63,767 bases of DNA, filler included, from Octopus bimaculoides (GCF_001194135.2; 5 parts of 5 records of this genome joined end to end with filler, not necessarily neighbours in it), one strand, 5' to 3'; numbered from the whole stretch's first letter, positions 49,346-62,082 are shown. Program-made: numbers and translations. Notes: a model not told the origin generated them from the sequence alone.

Positions 49346-49633
49346 CGCCCAGCCATAATCTTGTCGATTTTTTTTTTTTTAAGTATTTTTTAAGTATTTT
49401 ATGCAAATTGTCAAATTTAACCTGAACACTATCTGTGCGTGTATGTATATATATATATATATGATTTTTCATAGAAAACTATGTAATCGTTACCAATATA
49501 GCAGGAGATTTCACCACAAAAAAGTCTAAATTATATATATATAATTATATATATATAATTAATAAAAAAAAGGACTACAAGGGAAAACAACATGCAAAGA
49601 ATTAATAAGACGCTCCAAGAAGGAAAAAAGATA

Positions 49634-49668
49634 GTTTTACGTTTCGAGCAAAGTTCTTCTTCAGAAAC
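49634..49668 (-). ncRNA. Ultra-minimal (35 nt) type-I hammerhead ribozyme candidate
   Basis: Reverse complement GTTT-CTGAAGA-A-GAAC ttt GCTC-GAAAC-GTA-AAAC; helix I GTTT/AAAC; one mismatch in helix II. Confidence 0.65.
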
Positions 49669-49768
49669 AGGAGACAGAGGAAAGTCCAAGAGAAAACGAA
49701 GACGGGGGAAAAAAATCACCAACAATCCAAATGTGGTTAATGTACACATACATACATACATACATACA

Positions 49769-49802
<34 letters not shown>

Positions 49803-49848
49803 CATGCAAATATACATACATATATGCATGCATACATACATACATACA

Positions 49849-49881
<33 letters not shown>

Positions 49882-50069
49882 CTGCGTGTATGTATACGGG
49901 AGTGAAAAGTTCCTGGCTTTGAGCAAAAGAAAATACAAGAGGATCAGTTAATTATGATTTTATCCTCCTCTCAGATTCACACACTTATTGCAGCCCTATA
50001 AAAGAACTCAAAAGGTTGCTCTTCTGACCAGGGCTTCCGTGATACCCTTAAAGCCAGTGTGTGTGTATG

Positions 50070-50100
<31 letters not shown>

Positions 50101-50292
50101 CATTATTAATCATAGGGCAGCAAAAGAAATTTTAGAAATTTAATTTACCACCAGTGGTTCAGCGAGAATAAAAAATTAGTCAATAGACTACATATATATT
50201 ATTCATTTGAAATATAGAGATGCCTATAATAGGACATCTAACCCGCTAGAAAGAGCAGCAAAAAACTCTATACCACATATAGATATATATAG

Positions 50293-50456
50293 CCGTAGGA
50301 GTGGCTGTGTGGTAAGTAGCTTGCTTACCAACCACATGGTTCCGGGTTCAGTCCCACTGCGTGGCACCTTGGGCAAGTGTCTTCAACTATAGCCTCGGGC
50401 CGACCAAAGCCTTGTGAGTGGATTTGGTAGACGGAAACTGAAAGAAGCCCGTCGTA

Positions 50457-50497
<41 letters not shown>

Positions 50498-50718
50498 GTA
50501 TATGTTTGTGTGTCTGTGTTTGTCCGCCCAACATCGTTTGACAACCGATGCTGGTGTGTTTAAGTCCCCGTAACTTAGCGGTTCGGCAAAAGAGACCGAT
50601 GGAATAAGTACTAGGCTTACAAAGAATAAGCCTTGGGATCGATTTGCTCGACTAAAGGCGGTGCTCCAGCATGGCCACAGTCAAATGACTGAAACAAGTA
50701 AAAGAGTAAAAGAGTATA
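50293..50718 (+). mobile_element. SINE family A, full-length reference copy
   Basis: Head gtaggagtggctgtgtggtaag...ggttcagtcccac; core gccttgtgagtggatttggtagacggaaactgaaagaagcccgtcg; internal (TA)n; tail (taaaagag)n. Confidence 0.92.
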
Positions 50719-51979
50719 TGCACACGCGCGCATACACAGAAATAGGTGCATACACTGGCAGTCACAGAGCGCAGGCGTATACCCAGCATGCACGCGCATT
50801 CGCATAAATATGGATATAAAGAAATAAATGAATAGTAAGCATATATAAACATACATATATAAACATTCTGGCACGCGCGGATGCGCGCACAGACATACGC
50901 ATAAACAAACACATGAGGATACTGCTCGCGTGTTAAATTAAACGAAAAAATGTGTGGATAACTTTGAGAATTTAGAGCTAACCACACCCGGCGGGGGCGG
51001 TGTGAGGAGGTGGTAAGTATCTCATATAAGAGAAAAAAGGGAAAACGAAATGGCCGAAATGATACAAGGGGAATAACTGATAAAAGACTCGTAGGGAATA
51101 CATGAGATATAAAAGAAAATAAACTGCTTTCATTTTACAGAATGTTTTTAAATGTATAAAATAAACCGTAGAATTTCGCGATGAAATGAAAACAAACAGA
51201 AATTTTTTTATTGGGTTGTAAAAGATCAGGAAGGGAAGGTTTTTTTTTTCTTTACTTTATTTTTTATTATTGAATTCGAGCATTCGGGGAAAAAAGTCAA
51301 AAGACAGTGTTTCAAAATGCGTGTCTTAGATCTAATTTATTTCACCAGATGCTATATTTCTTTTCGTTGAGGCAGTTCGGAGTACATCGGACCGACCAAA
51401 GCCTTGAGAGTGGATTTGGTAGATGGAAACTGAATGAAGTTCGTGGTAGATAGATAGATAGATAGATAGGTAGGTAGATATATAGATAGATAGATAGATA
51501 TAGATATAGATATAGGTATATATATATATATATATATATATNNNNNNNNNNNNNNNNNNNNNNNNNNNNNNNNNNNNNNNNNNNNNNNNNNNNNNNNNNN
51601 NNNNNNNNNNNNNNNNNNNNNNNNNNNNNNNNNNNNNNNNNNNNNNNNNNNNNNNNNNNNNNNNNNNNNNNNNNNNNNNNNNNNNNNNNNNNNNNNNNNN
51701 NNNNNNNNNNNNNNNNNNNNNNNNNNNNNNNNNNNNNNNNNNNNNNNNNNNNNNNNNNNNNNNNNNNNNNNNNNNNNNNNNNNNNNNNNNNNNNNNNNNN
51801 NNNNNNNNNNNNNNNNNNNNNNNNNNNNNNNNNNNNNNNNNNNNNNNNNNNNNNNNNNNNNNNNNNNNNNNNNNNNNNNNNNNNNNNNNNNNNNNNNNNN
51901 NNNNNNNNNNNNNNNNNNNNNNNNNNNNNNNNNNNNNNNNNNNNNNNNNNNNNNNNNNNNNNNNNNNNNNNNNNNNNNN

Positions 51980-52013
<34 letters not shown>

Positions 52014-53784
52014 GTAGCTTCCATGGTTACCGAGATAATCTACTGTAATAATACTCTCGTGTTTATTAATGAGAAAGGAAGGGGTAATAGATGAAAAAGA
52101 AGGAAGGGACGATGTCATACTTGGTAGTGGGATGATGAAAATTGTACGCTGAAAAAATAAATCAAACAGTGTTTCAACTCTGTGTGTATGTAAAAGGTGG
52201 GGTATGTAAACGTGTGTGAGTGCGTGTGCGCGCGCAATGGTCTCTCTTCTCCATATTTCCTTCACGTACATTCCGCTGCTATTTTTTGCAACCAATCACG
52301 CCACGTAAGTTCAGTTTATTCCGTTCAATGCATGTGTGCACAATCGTTAATTCTTTCCTTTTTTAGAAAAATTATTACGTCGCCTAAAGTTCTGCTGTTT
52401 CCCCATTGACCCATTTTTCAAGGCAGGCTCCAGTTGCGATTATGATCGATCGGTGAACTTAAGCATTAATTCTATTTGTTCAAAGTCTCTGGTGCTGACA
52501 ACTGTTTTACATTGTATTTACGTCGAGTTGTTTAACAAAGTACAATTTATATGATTGCTTGCGTACATACTACAACTTCACTGTCAGATATTTGATTCTT
52601 CATTCATGATTGAGGTTCAGATTAGGTACAATGACTACAGTAGACTTTGATTACACAAATTAAGATAATTTTAGCTTTATTGGAGTACTGATACCTCCCA
52701 GTTACTACAGCTATCAGCAACTAACATTTTTATTAATTTGGGTTTTGTCTTTTTTTGTTAATTTTTTTTTTCTTAAAATATTTTGAGTATTTTTTTAACC
52801 TTTATTTTTGGTGTTTGAATACAAAGAGGAACCAAATATTTAGAAGATAGCTGGTTTTACAGCAACATCAACCAAACTACCCGGGTGAAACCGGGAAAAA
52901 CAGCTAGTATATATATATGTATATATATATATATNNNNNNNNNNNNNNNNNNNNNNNNNNNNNNNNNNNNNNNNNNNNNNNNNNNNNNNNNNNNNNNNNN
53001 NNNNNNNNNNNNNNNNNNNNNNNNNNNNNNNNNNNNNNNNNNNNNNNNNNNNNNNNNNNNNNNNNNNNNNNNNNNNNNNNNNNNNNNNNNNNNNNNNNNN
53101 NNNNNNNNNNNNNNNNNNNNNNNNNNNNNNNNNNNNNNNNNNNNNNNNNNNNNNNNNNNNNNNNNNNNNNNNNNNNNNNNNNNNNNNNNNNNNNNNNNNN
53201 NNNNNNNNNNNNNNNNNNNNNNNNNNNNNNNNNNNNNNNNNNNNNNNNNNNNNNNNNNNNNNNNNNNNNNNNNNNNNNNNNNNNNNNNNNNNNNNNNNNN
53301 NNNNNNNNNNNNNNNNNNNNNNNNNNNNNNNNNNNNNNNNNNNNNNNNNNNNNNNNNNNNNNNNNNNNNNNNNNNNNNNNNNATATATATATATATATAT
53401 AAGTATGCATGCATGTATACATATACGTACGTGTACTTACGTGTGTAATGTAAGCTTATAGGTTTAGAGGCAACCTTGCTGGCGGTGATGGCGGTGATGC
53501 TGTCATTGTGGTTATGGTGGTGATGGTGGTGGTTGCGGTGGTACCTGTCTCAACATCATGCGAAGAGCTGTTTCTATTTCCAATGTGACAAAGAACTTTG
53601 TCGTCTGCCAATGTTTTAACATGTGTATTTGCAGTTTGTAATAAACTATTTATTGAGACATACGGTGCTGCTGCCTGGTATAGTTGGCCATAACTTATAC
53701 ATTTCAATGGCAGCAATTACCATTTGCGTGATATTTAGAAAAATCTATATAACATATTTACTAATGAAGTTAGACGTTTTGTAT

Positions 53785-53998
53785 AGTCGCCGTTGTCATC
53801 ATCATCATCGTCGTCGTCGTCATAATCACCATCATCATCGTCATCATCATCATCATCTTCGACATTATCGCCGTCGTCATCATCGTGATCAACATCACCA
53901 TCATCATCATCATTATTGTCACAGTTTGTGCCGTCGTCGTCGTCGTCGTCATCACCATCATCATCATCATCAACCTCATCATCTTCATCATCATCGTT

Positions 53999-54031
<33 letters not shown>

Positions 54032-54110
54032 GTCGTCGTCGTCGTCGTCATCATCATCATCATCATCATCATTATCACAGTTTGAAAAGCAGCAGCAGCA
54101 ATAGCGTTCG
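53785..54110. repeat. Compound (CAT)n/(CGT)n triplet tract
   Basis: Direct reading; the poly-H/R/D/S/I ORFs are by-products. Confidence 0.95.
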
Positions 54111-54993
54111 CAGTGTNNNNNNNNNNNNNNNNNNNNNNNNNNNNNNNNNNNNNNNNNNNNNNNNNNNNNNNNNNNNNNNNNNNNNNNNNNNNNNNNNNNN
54201 NNNNNNNNNNNNNNNNNNNNNNNNNNNNNNNNNNNNNNNNNNNNNNNNNNNNNNNNNNNNNNNNNNNNNNNNNNNNNNNNNNNNNNNNNNNNNNNNNNNN
54301 NNNNNNNNNNNNNNNNNNNNNNNNNNNNNNNNNNNNNNNNNNNNNNNNNNNNNNNNNNNNNNNNNNNNNNNNNNNNNNNNNNNNNNNNNNNNNNNNNNNN
54401 NNNNNNNNNNNNNNNNNNNNNNNNNNNNNNNNNNNNNNNNNNNNNNNNNNNNNNNNNNNNNNNNNNNNNNNNNNNNNNNNNNNNNNNNNNNNNNNNNNNN
54501 NNNNNNNNNNNNNNNNNNNNNNNNNNNNNNNNNNNNNNNNNNNNNNNNNNNNNNNNNNNNNNNNNNNNNNNNNNNNNNNNNNNNNNNNNNNNNNNNNNNN
54601 NNNNNNNNNNNNNNNNNNNNNNNNNNNNNNNNNNNNNNNNNNNNNNNNNNNNNNNNNNNNNNNNNNNNNNNNNNNNNNNNNNNNNNNNNNNNNNNNNNNN
54701 NNNNNNNNNNNNNNNNNNNNNNNNNNNNNNNNNNNNNNNNNNNNNNNNNNNNNNNNNNNNNNNNNNNNNNNNNNNNNNNNNNNNNNNNNNNNNNNNNNNN
54801 NNNNNNNNNNNNNNNNNNNNNNNNNNNNNNNNNNNNNNNNNNNNNNNNNNNNNNNNNNNNNNNNNNNNNNNNNNNNNNNNNNNNNNNNNNNNNNNNNNNN
54901 NNNNNNNNNNNNNNNNNNNNNNNNNNNNNNNNNNNNNNNNNNNNNNNNNNNNNNNNNNNNNNNNNNNNNNNNNNNNNNNNNNNNNNNNNNNNN

Positions 54994-55053
<60 letters not shown>

Positions 55054-55336
55054 TACATTCATCTATATGACTGTGTATACTTGTGTGTTTGTGCATAGGT
55101 ATACATATAAACATTTATAAACAATGAGCACAAAAAGAATGGAAGGGGCACATTTTTAACAAATATTGCATTAGTATGACGCTGAAAAGAAAAGAAAAGA
55201 AAAGAAAAGAAAAGAAAAGAAAAGAAAAAAGAGGTGTATTGAAGCTTCGGACGCTAATCCTTCATCATCAGAATGATAGAAAGAAAAATAAACGAATAAC
55301 AAAAATATGCATGGAACACACACGTAGATAGATAGG

Positions 55337-55390
<54 letters not shown>

Positions 55391-55419
55391 TCGGCAAAGA
55401 AGCATCCCTCGGACTTTAC

Positions 55420-55540
55420 CTCTCGTCAGGTTCTTTTTAATGACGCCATGTTTGTGGTAACAGGTGGAGTTGTCGCCGGCACAAATGCCACACATATCAG
55501 GAACGGCTGAAGAAAACAACACGTTGTCGCATCCAAGTGG
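55420..55540 (-). CDS. Internal coding exon of an ADAMTS / ADAMTS-like / papilin-family gene (cysteine-rich region preceding the spacer domain)
   Basis: ttattacAG|CCA CTT GGA TGC...ACG AGA G|GTaaag; 121 bp, phase 0 to phase 1; PLGCDNVLFSSAVPDMCGICAGDNSTCYHKHGVIKKNLTR(G) fits the family motif GCDxxLxSxxxxDxCGxCxGDxSTC. Confidence 0.9.
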
Positions 55541-56139
55541 CTGTAATAACAGAGGCAGAGAATATATTGCATTGATGAAAAACAAAAACAAAGCGGACAA
55601 AATTCATCTTAACCTTTCGATATCAATTCACCTGGTACGATACTTTGTTCTATAATACAAAATTCTTGCTTTAAAAGAGTCCAAGTTAAAACCTTCCATT
55701 TTAATTTCATTTTAATTCATGTTCCAAACAGCAGCTTTATAGCGACAAAGCTATCAAACTAAATTTCTTATTATTTTCAAAGTAAATTTCAACAACTGCA
55801 GTGTGTTTCAACAGAAATATTGTAACTAAAGAATTAAAGCGATCGAAACTAAATCGTTCCATTATAATTTCATGTTGGTTTATATTCCAAACACTATAAT
55901 TAAAATGTTAGTTTGATATATTCTTCGTTATTTTCTTTTATTATTAATTGCGACAACTGCAGTGTGTTTCTGTAGAAATATGGTAACTAAAGGGCTAAAG
56001 TGGTGTAAGTTAAAACCGTCCCTAAAATCTGATGTTGAATAATGACCAAATTCTTCATTGTTTTGCAAATTAGTTGAAACAAAGACAGTATATCGCAGCA
56101 GAAATATGATAACTAAAGGATTAAACAGTGGCTTGGTAA

Positions 56140-56734
56140 AATGGGAAAAAGCTCAACTACAACCGAGAAGGGAACTTCATGGGAAAAAGGTTCTTCTCTC
56201 TATCTGGTGGGATTGCAAAGGAGTAATTCACTTTGAATTGTTACCACCTAATTCAACAATCAATGCTCAAGTCTACTGTCAGCAATTAGAGCGTTTGAAC
56301 CAAGCTTTGAAGAAAAAACCCTGCTTTAGTGAATCAAAAAGGAGTAATGTTTCATCAGGGCAATGTACGACCCAACACTGCAAAGATCACATCACAGAAG
56401 ATCGAAGAGCTTGGTTGGGAAAAAAATTCCTCATTCACCTTATTCTCCCGACCTTGCTCTTTCAGACTACCATTTTTTTCGTAGTTTACATAATCATTTG
56501 GGGGACATAACTTTCGCAAGCCGGGAGGAGATCGAAACTGACATTTCAGTGTTCTTCACTTTGAAACCAAAAGAGTTTTACATTGATGGGATGATTAAAA
56601 AGCTTGTAAATAGATGGAAGGAAGTCATATATAATTAGGGAAAGTACATTGATGATTAAATTTCAATTAAACATAGCATTTGATCACTTATTTTCTTTAT
56701 TCAAAATTCGAACAGAACTTATGGGATGACCTGA
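56140..56734 (+). mobile_element. Mariner element 3' half
   Basis: LHGKKVLLSIWWDCKGVIHFELLP...YCQQLERL...PHSPYSPDLALSDYHFFRSL...LVNRWKEVI...GKYIDD*; TIR CTTATGGGATGACCTGA|TA resembles the TIR of 10971-12127. Confidence 0.9.
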
Positions 56735-56929
56735 TAGATAAAATGTTTATTTGAAAAATACAAGATGGACAAAATTAGAGAACGTATAACGTAAAATTCA
56801 AGAAATCAAAATTGTGCCAGAAATTTTTACAATCCCCATCATTATATTAATAATCTATATACATTCCTTTATTTTTTATGACTTCTGCACATCTCCGTCC
56901 ACAGGATTTGACCAATTTCTCACATTGTT

Positions 56930-57400
56930 CTGATGTAATTCTATTCCGTTCTTCCTGGGGCTTTTCCCATTCCCAATCGTAACATTCGCAACTCGGTGGT
57001 CTCTGATCTTATCACCAAGTATCTTCCATAAGTTTTCAATGGGATTAAGGCATCACAGTAACGTTTTCAGTTTCAAACACCTCCTTAACTATTGTGATAA
57101 GATGCATTATCCTGCGTAAAGATTGGCTGACGGGTTGGAGATGACCTTATAGCTGCCACAACATGCTGCTGAACGATGTTTTTGTATATGGCTGTATTCA
57201 CATTACCATGGATCCTAATCAAAGGCCCAAAACCCGCTGCAGGAATCATTCCCCACACCATTAAACATGTGCATCGGCAGATATTGCATATCAAGCTTTC
57301 TCCATTCACGACACAAGCGGTACCTTTTCAACCAGCTCGCTTAAATTCTGCATTAAAAATGCGTATTTTTCCAACACCCCTACTCAATCCTTTACTTGTT
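56930..57400 (-). mobile_element. Tc1 transposase fragment
   Basis: LMVWGMIPAAGFGPLIRIHGNVNTAIYKNIVQQHV...IFTQDNASYH. Confidence 0.8.
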
Positions 57401-58129
57401 AACTACTCATTCACACACATACACATATGTATCTGTACATACATACATATGTATATGTACATACATACATATGTATATGTACATACACACACACACACAC
57501 ATTCATGTAGTAAAAAATCATTTTTTGAAGCTGAATTTCTTTCTTTCGCGTTTTACTGTTTCTTAAGCAAATCAAAGAATTTAATCAAGCGAACTTTATA
57601 TTGCATATATGAAACAAAAACCTGGGAATGTCTACTTTAACAGTAGAAAACCATTTGATTTAGTTGAAGCAAGTAGCAATTTCATATGAAGCTATCCCAC
57701 GCACGTTCTTTTAAAAATTTGAAACATTACAAAAAGCAATTCTAATGTGTGATGACAGAAAGTCGTGGAACGTCCGTTAATAATAGAAAAATTATTGATT
57801 TTATTTAGACTTTGTATCATTAAATAGATACAGTGAAGATTTCTTTGAATTATTAAAAGATATTCTCCTAAAAAGAATGAATCCCTCCAGCTTCTTCGCC
57901 CACTGTTCCTCAGAATCTCCGGGCTGTTGAAATTTTAGGCTCCACCTTCATAGAGTCGAATCAAAAGCAATTGTCAATCGGCTTTCTTGCTGGATTTCCA
58001 AGCGTTACCAATAGAGACTATGGATGCTACCTAACCATTTCGTTCTTGTTCTACCTCTATGTCTCCAACCGGTTGGCTCGGCTTGAAGAATCAGTCTTTG
58101 AATTCTTTCCTATGGCATTACATCGACCA

Positions 58130-58280
58130 CAGTGCGTAAATGGTACTTATTTAATCGACCCCGAAAGAATGAAAGGCAAAGTCGACCTCGGTGGGATTTG
58201 AACTCAGAACGTAAAGGCAGACGAAATGCCGTTAAGCATTTCGCCCGGCGTGCTAACGTTTCTGCAAGCTCACCGCCTTA
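58130..58280 (-). mobile_element. SINE family D 5' part
   Basis: tggtacttatttaatcgaccccgaaagaatgaaaggcaaagtcgacctcgg...cccggcgtgctaacgtttctgc. Confidence 0.85.
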
Positions 58281-58299
58281 CTCACCTCTTTGTCTGTGT

Positions 58300-58755
58300 T
58301 TCCCAAGTCTGCAACGCCTGCGCTGTGACCTCTCAAGGGGAAGGTGTAGCAGCCTGAAGAGATTTTCTGATCCCTGAACTAAGCATCCCGTCGTGCATCG
58401 TTACTCCAGAGATCCTTCAAGGGAACCCTATTTCTGTTACTTGTATTCGCAATCATATTCTTTCTGTTATTATCCATCATTCATAACCATAGATGAGGAT
58501 GAAGCGCGAAAACCGAATTGAAGATAATTTACCAACCTCACCTTTTCTGAGGATCGAATGTCAAGGCTGGAGTATTGCTGTACAAGAACCTGCAATTCTA
58601 GCAACTAGCTCAGCCTCCAGCCTCCAATCACTCGTAAATATAGCCACGAGATACTTTAAAGTTCTCCACTTGTCTCAGTGACGTTTCATTAACATGCGGT
58701 ATGCACTCAGAAAAGTTTCTACAGAGGACCAGTGCCTCCGTCTTCACAAAACTAA
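58300..58755 (-). mobile_element. RTE-type LINE RT C-terminal fragment, decayed
   Basis: AGMKISFVKTEALV...LRQVENFK(Y)...; downstream frames resemble the RTE thumb region. Confidence 0.65.
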
Positions 58756-59400
58756 TTTTCATCCCTGCCCTGCAGGCCCAAAACCCGCTGCAGAAATCAT
58801 TTCCCCACATCATTAAGCATATGCATCGGCAGATATTGCAGATCAAGCTTCCTCCATTCACGACACAGGCGGTACCTTTTCAACCAGCTCGCTTAACCCA
58901 TTACTTCCCATAATTCTATTAACAGGAATTTTTTTTATGAAACTTTGATTTCTAGCATAAAACAGCCTTAGAAACACGCTGGAATGATCAAAATAACATT
59001 TTAAATACAAATAAGCGAGATATTGGGTGAAAAATTAGCAAACCTCATTTGAATATCAGAGAAATATACCTAGTAGATATAGCAAAAAGGTTAGATATGT
59101 GTAAATATTGACAGATAATTACAAAATTTGTAATTTTTAAGTGATCTCATATGAGATCACTGGTAGGTAATGGGTTAAATTCTGCATTAAAAATACGTAT
59201 TATTCCAACACCCTTACTCCATCTTTTACTTGTTTCCTCCTTTGATAACCATTGTTTTCCCTGTTTTCAGTGCATGCTGGAGATCAACTTCTGGTGAGTC
59301 AAGTCACACCATCTCACCTGCAAATATCAACTACTGACCGATCCTACACCCATCGATTTTGATGTCTCTTCCACAACGACTGAACTTGTCCATCCAGTTA
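58755..59400 (-). mobile_element. Second copy of the Tc1 fragment seen at 57200-57400, interrupted by a MITE
   Basis: ggcccaaaacccgctgcag...gcatcggcagatattgca...caaccagctcgcttaa|...|attctgcattaaaaat shared with 57220-57400. Confidence 0.8.
58897..59174. mobile_element. piggyBac-like MITE (278 bp) with TTAA TSD
   Basis: TTAA|CCCATTACTTCCCA ... TGGTAGGTAATGGG|TTAA; paralogous empty site gcTTAAattctgc at about 57340. Confidence 0.9.
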
Positions 59401-59632
59401 AAAATTAATATAGAATCAAATATATGTCGAGTATATCTTTTAGATATCAGCTTAGATTTAGAAGCTAATTAGAAGCCATTAAGTAAGGCAAATAAAAGTT
59501 ACAGTACGCAAATATCACTTCAAAACATGCTCTTGCTGTTATTAATAATTTAGTAGACGATGTTAGTTTACAGTGATCTTGTGTTTCATCCTATGTATCA
59601 ACAACATCCTATGTATCAACAACAACAACAAC

Positions 59633-59688
<56 letters not shown>

Positions 59689-59939
59689 TGGGCACTGCAC
59701 ACATCCTACGCAAAACACTTTCAATACAGTAACCATAAGAGCATCACAGCAAACCACAGCACATACCCAAGGCACACAGAGCTGCGCTCGGTAGTGAAGT
59801 GAAAGCACGTTATAAAAATAAAACTACTGAACAATAANNNNNNNNNNNNNNNNNNNNNNNNNNNNNNNNNNNNNNNNNNNNTTAATTAATTAANNNNNNN
59901 NNNNNNNNNNNNNNNNNNNNNNNNNNNNNNNNNNNNNTA

Positions 59940-60100
59940 TATATACGACGGGCCTCTGTCAATTTCTGTTTACCAAATCAGCTCACAAGACTTTGGTTGG
60001 CCAGAGGCTATAGTAGACGACACTAGCCCAACGTGTCACGCAGTGAGACTGAACCCGGAGCCATGTATTTGGGAAGCAAGCTACTTACCACACAGCCACC
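59940..60100 (-). mobile_element. SINE family A 5' half
   Basis: acgacgggcctc...ccaaatcagctcacaagactttgg...gactgaacccggagccatg...accacacagccac. Confidence 0.8.
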
Positions 60101-60553
60101 CTTAAGTCTCTACAAACAGTGAATATTAATATTAGTGTGTGATATTAATACTACCAATAACAATAACGACAACGTCGGTGACTAAGACATAAACTCATAC
60201 ACCTACATCCACACAGTCTGAACATTTATACAAAGAAATATTTCTGAAAGCGATAATTTTACCTTCAATATTAGTTTAACAGAGAAATTGGACAGAATTT
60301 CATTGAGGGAAAAACTAATAAAATGTCTGAATTTTACCATACGTATGCATTGCAGTGGTCTCGAGGACACAATTTTAAGGTTTATTGAATGATGGCGAAG
60401 CCTTTTAGTTGTCGTGAAAGGACCGCACGGCCCATTTGGAACTTTTCTATATTTATGATGATTAAAAGTTGCAAAAAAAAAAAAAAGATACATACACTCA
60501 GGTAATGCCATTCTCTCACACACACATTCACACATATGTATATTATATTTGTG

Positions 60554-60590
<37 letters not shown>

Positions 60591-61021
60591 NNNNNNNNNN
60601 NNNNNNNNNNNNNNNNNNNNNNNNNNNNNNNNNNNNNNNNNNNNNNNNNNNNNNNNNNNNNNNNNNNNNNNNNNNNNNNNNNNNNNNNNNNNNNNNNNNN
60701 NNNNNNNNNNNNNNNNNNNNNNNNNNNNNNNNNNNNNNNNNNNNNNNNNNNNNNNNNNNNNNNNNNNNNNNNNNNNNNNNNNNNNNNNNNNNNNNNNNNN
60801 NNNNNNNNNNNNNNNNNNNNNNNNNNNNNNNNNNNNNNNNNNNNNNNNNNNNNNNNNNNNNNNNNNNNNNNNNNNNNNNNNNNNNNNNNNNNNNNNNNNN
60901 NNNNNNNNNNNNNNNNNNNNNNNNNNNNNNNNNNNNNNNNNNNNNNNNNNNNNNNNNNNNNNNNNNNNNNNNNNNNNNNNNNNNNNNNNNNNNNNNNNNN
61001 NNNNNNNNNNNNNNNNNNNNN

Positions 61022-61078
<57 letters not shown>

Positions 61079-61762
61079 CATATATAAACTATTTGTCATA
61101 CGTAAGATACATACATGCATCACACTTATGTATACATATATAGCTGCTACATACACACATACATATATAATAGATACACACATAGATACACACATGCATA
61201 CATATACATATATATATATATATATACATAATGCAAGCAAGCAAACAAATGCATCATGACATAAATATTCAGTTTAAATATGTCATAAATACACCCCCCC
61301 ACACACACATACACACACATGTATTCTTATATATATATATTTCTGTGTGTGTATGCGTCAAAGAGAGAGAATGAGTGAGAGAAAGACAGACAGAGAAAAG
61401 AGAGGGACAGAGAGACAGAGAGAAAGGGAAAAAGCGAAAGAGAGTAAGAGACCGTATGTCAGTATGCTTATGAGCATGTGTATGTGTAAAAACGCTATTG
61501 TACGTAGTTTTAACCCAGATGATTCCACTGGATTCATTTCATTACTGAGAACTTCTACTGATTCAAGACATTTGATAAACTCTTGTAAAAGTATAATTAC
61601 AAACATTTCTACTGATTCCAGACACCAACATCACTAACCACAGGTGAGAACTGTATATATTTTCAAATATATTTATATTGGCATCGCATTTATTTGTTCA
61701 ATTTAATGTGTTGGTATCGAAATAGAAAATGTTTCTTCTTACAAAAATCAATCATCAGAATT

Positions 61763-61841
<79 letters not shown>

Positions 61842-62082
61842 TATATATAGTGACAGACATGGACAAATATAGAAGTCCTGTTTGCTAAACGTATGTCTGC
61901 AAATTGACCTGTCCTTAAGATATATGCTTCTGAAACGTGGTTTGAAGAAATTTCTCTCCGATTTATCGGATAAGTGCACAACAAAGTTAGAGCATTTTAG
62001 TATTTAATGTATACATACATGCATACAGACATGAATACACACACTCACTTATGTGTTTATATTTATATATAAAGAGAAAGGT

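Noticed and set aside
50100-50260. NHRAAKEILEI*F... faintly resembling a PLE endonuclease tail
   Set aside because: Too short and stop-interrupted to support a call.
52060-52148. Strong minus-strand acceptor (ttattttttcag) as a possible spacer-domain exon
   Set aside because: The phase-1 frame (AYNFHHPTTK...) has no IPxGA motif and reaches a stop without a donor.
55238-55274. Minus-strand CTGATGA-TGAA-GGA(ttagcg)TCC-GAAGCTTC about 150 bp downstream of the ADAMTS exon
   Set aside because: The core has GAAG instead of GAAA, a TGA insertion and no convincing helix I; at best a decayed HHR relic.
60338-60446. AG/GT-bounded minus-strand frame (KVPNGPCGPF...CIRM), phase-compatible with the ADAMTS exon
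   Set aside because: It lacks the expected DGTxC...CVxGxC motif, has a weak polypyrimidine tract, and is separated from the exon by an artificial join.
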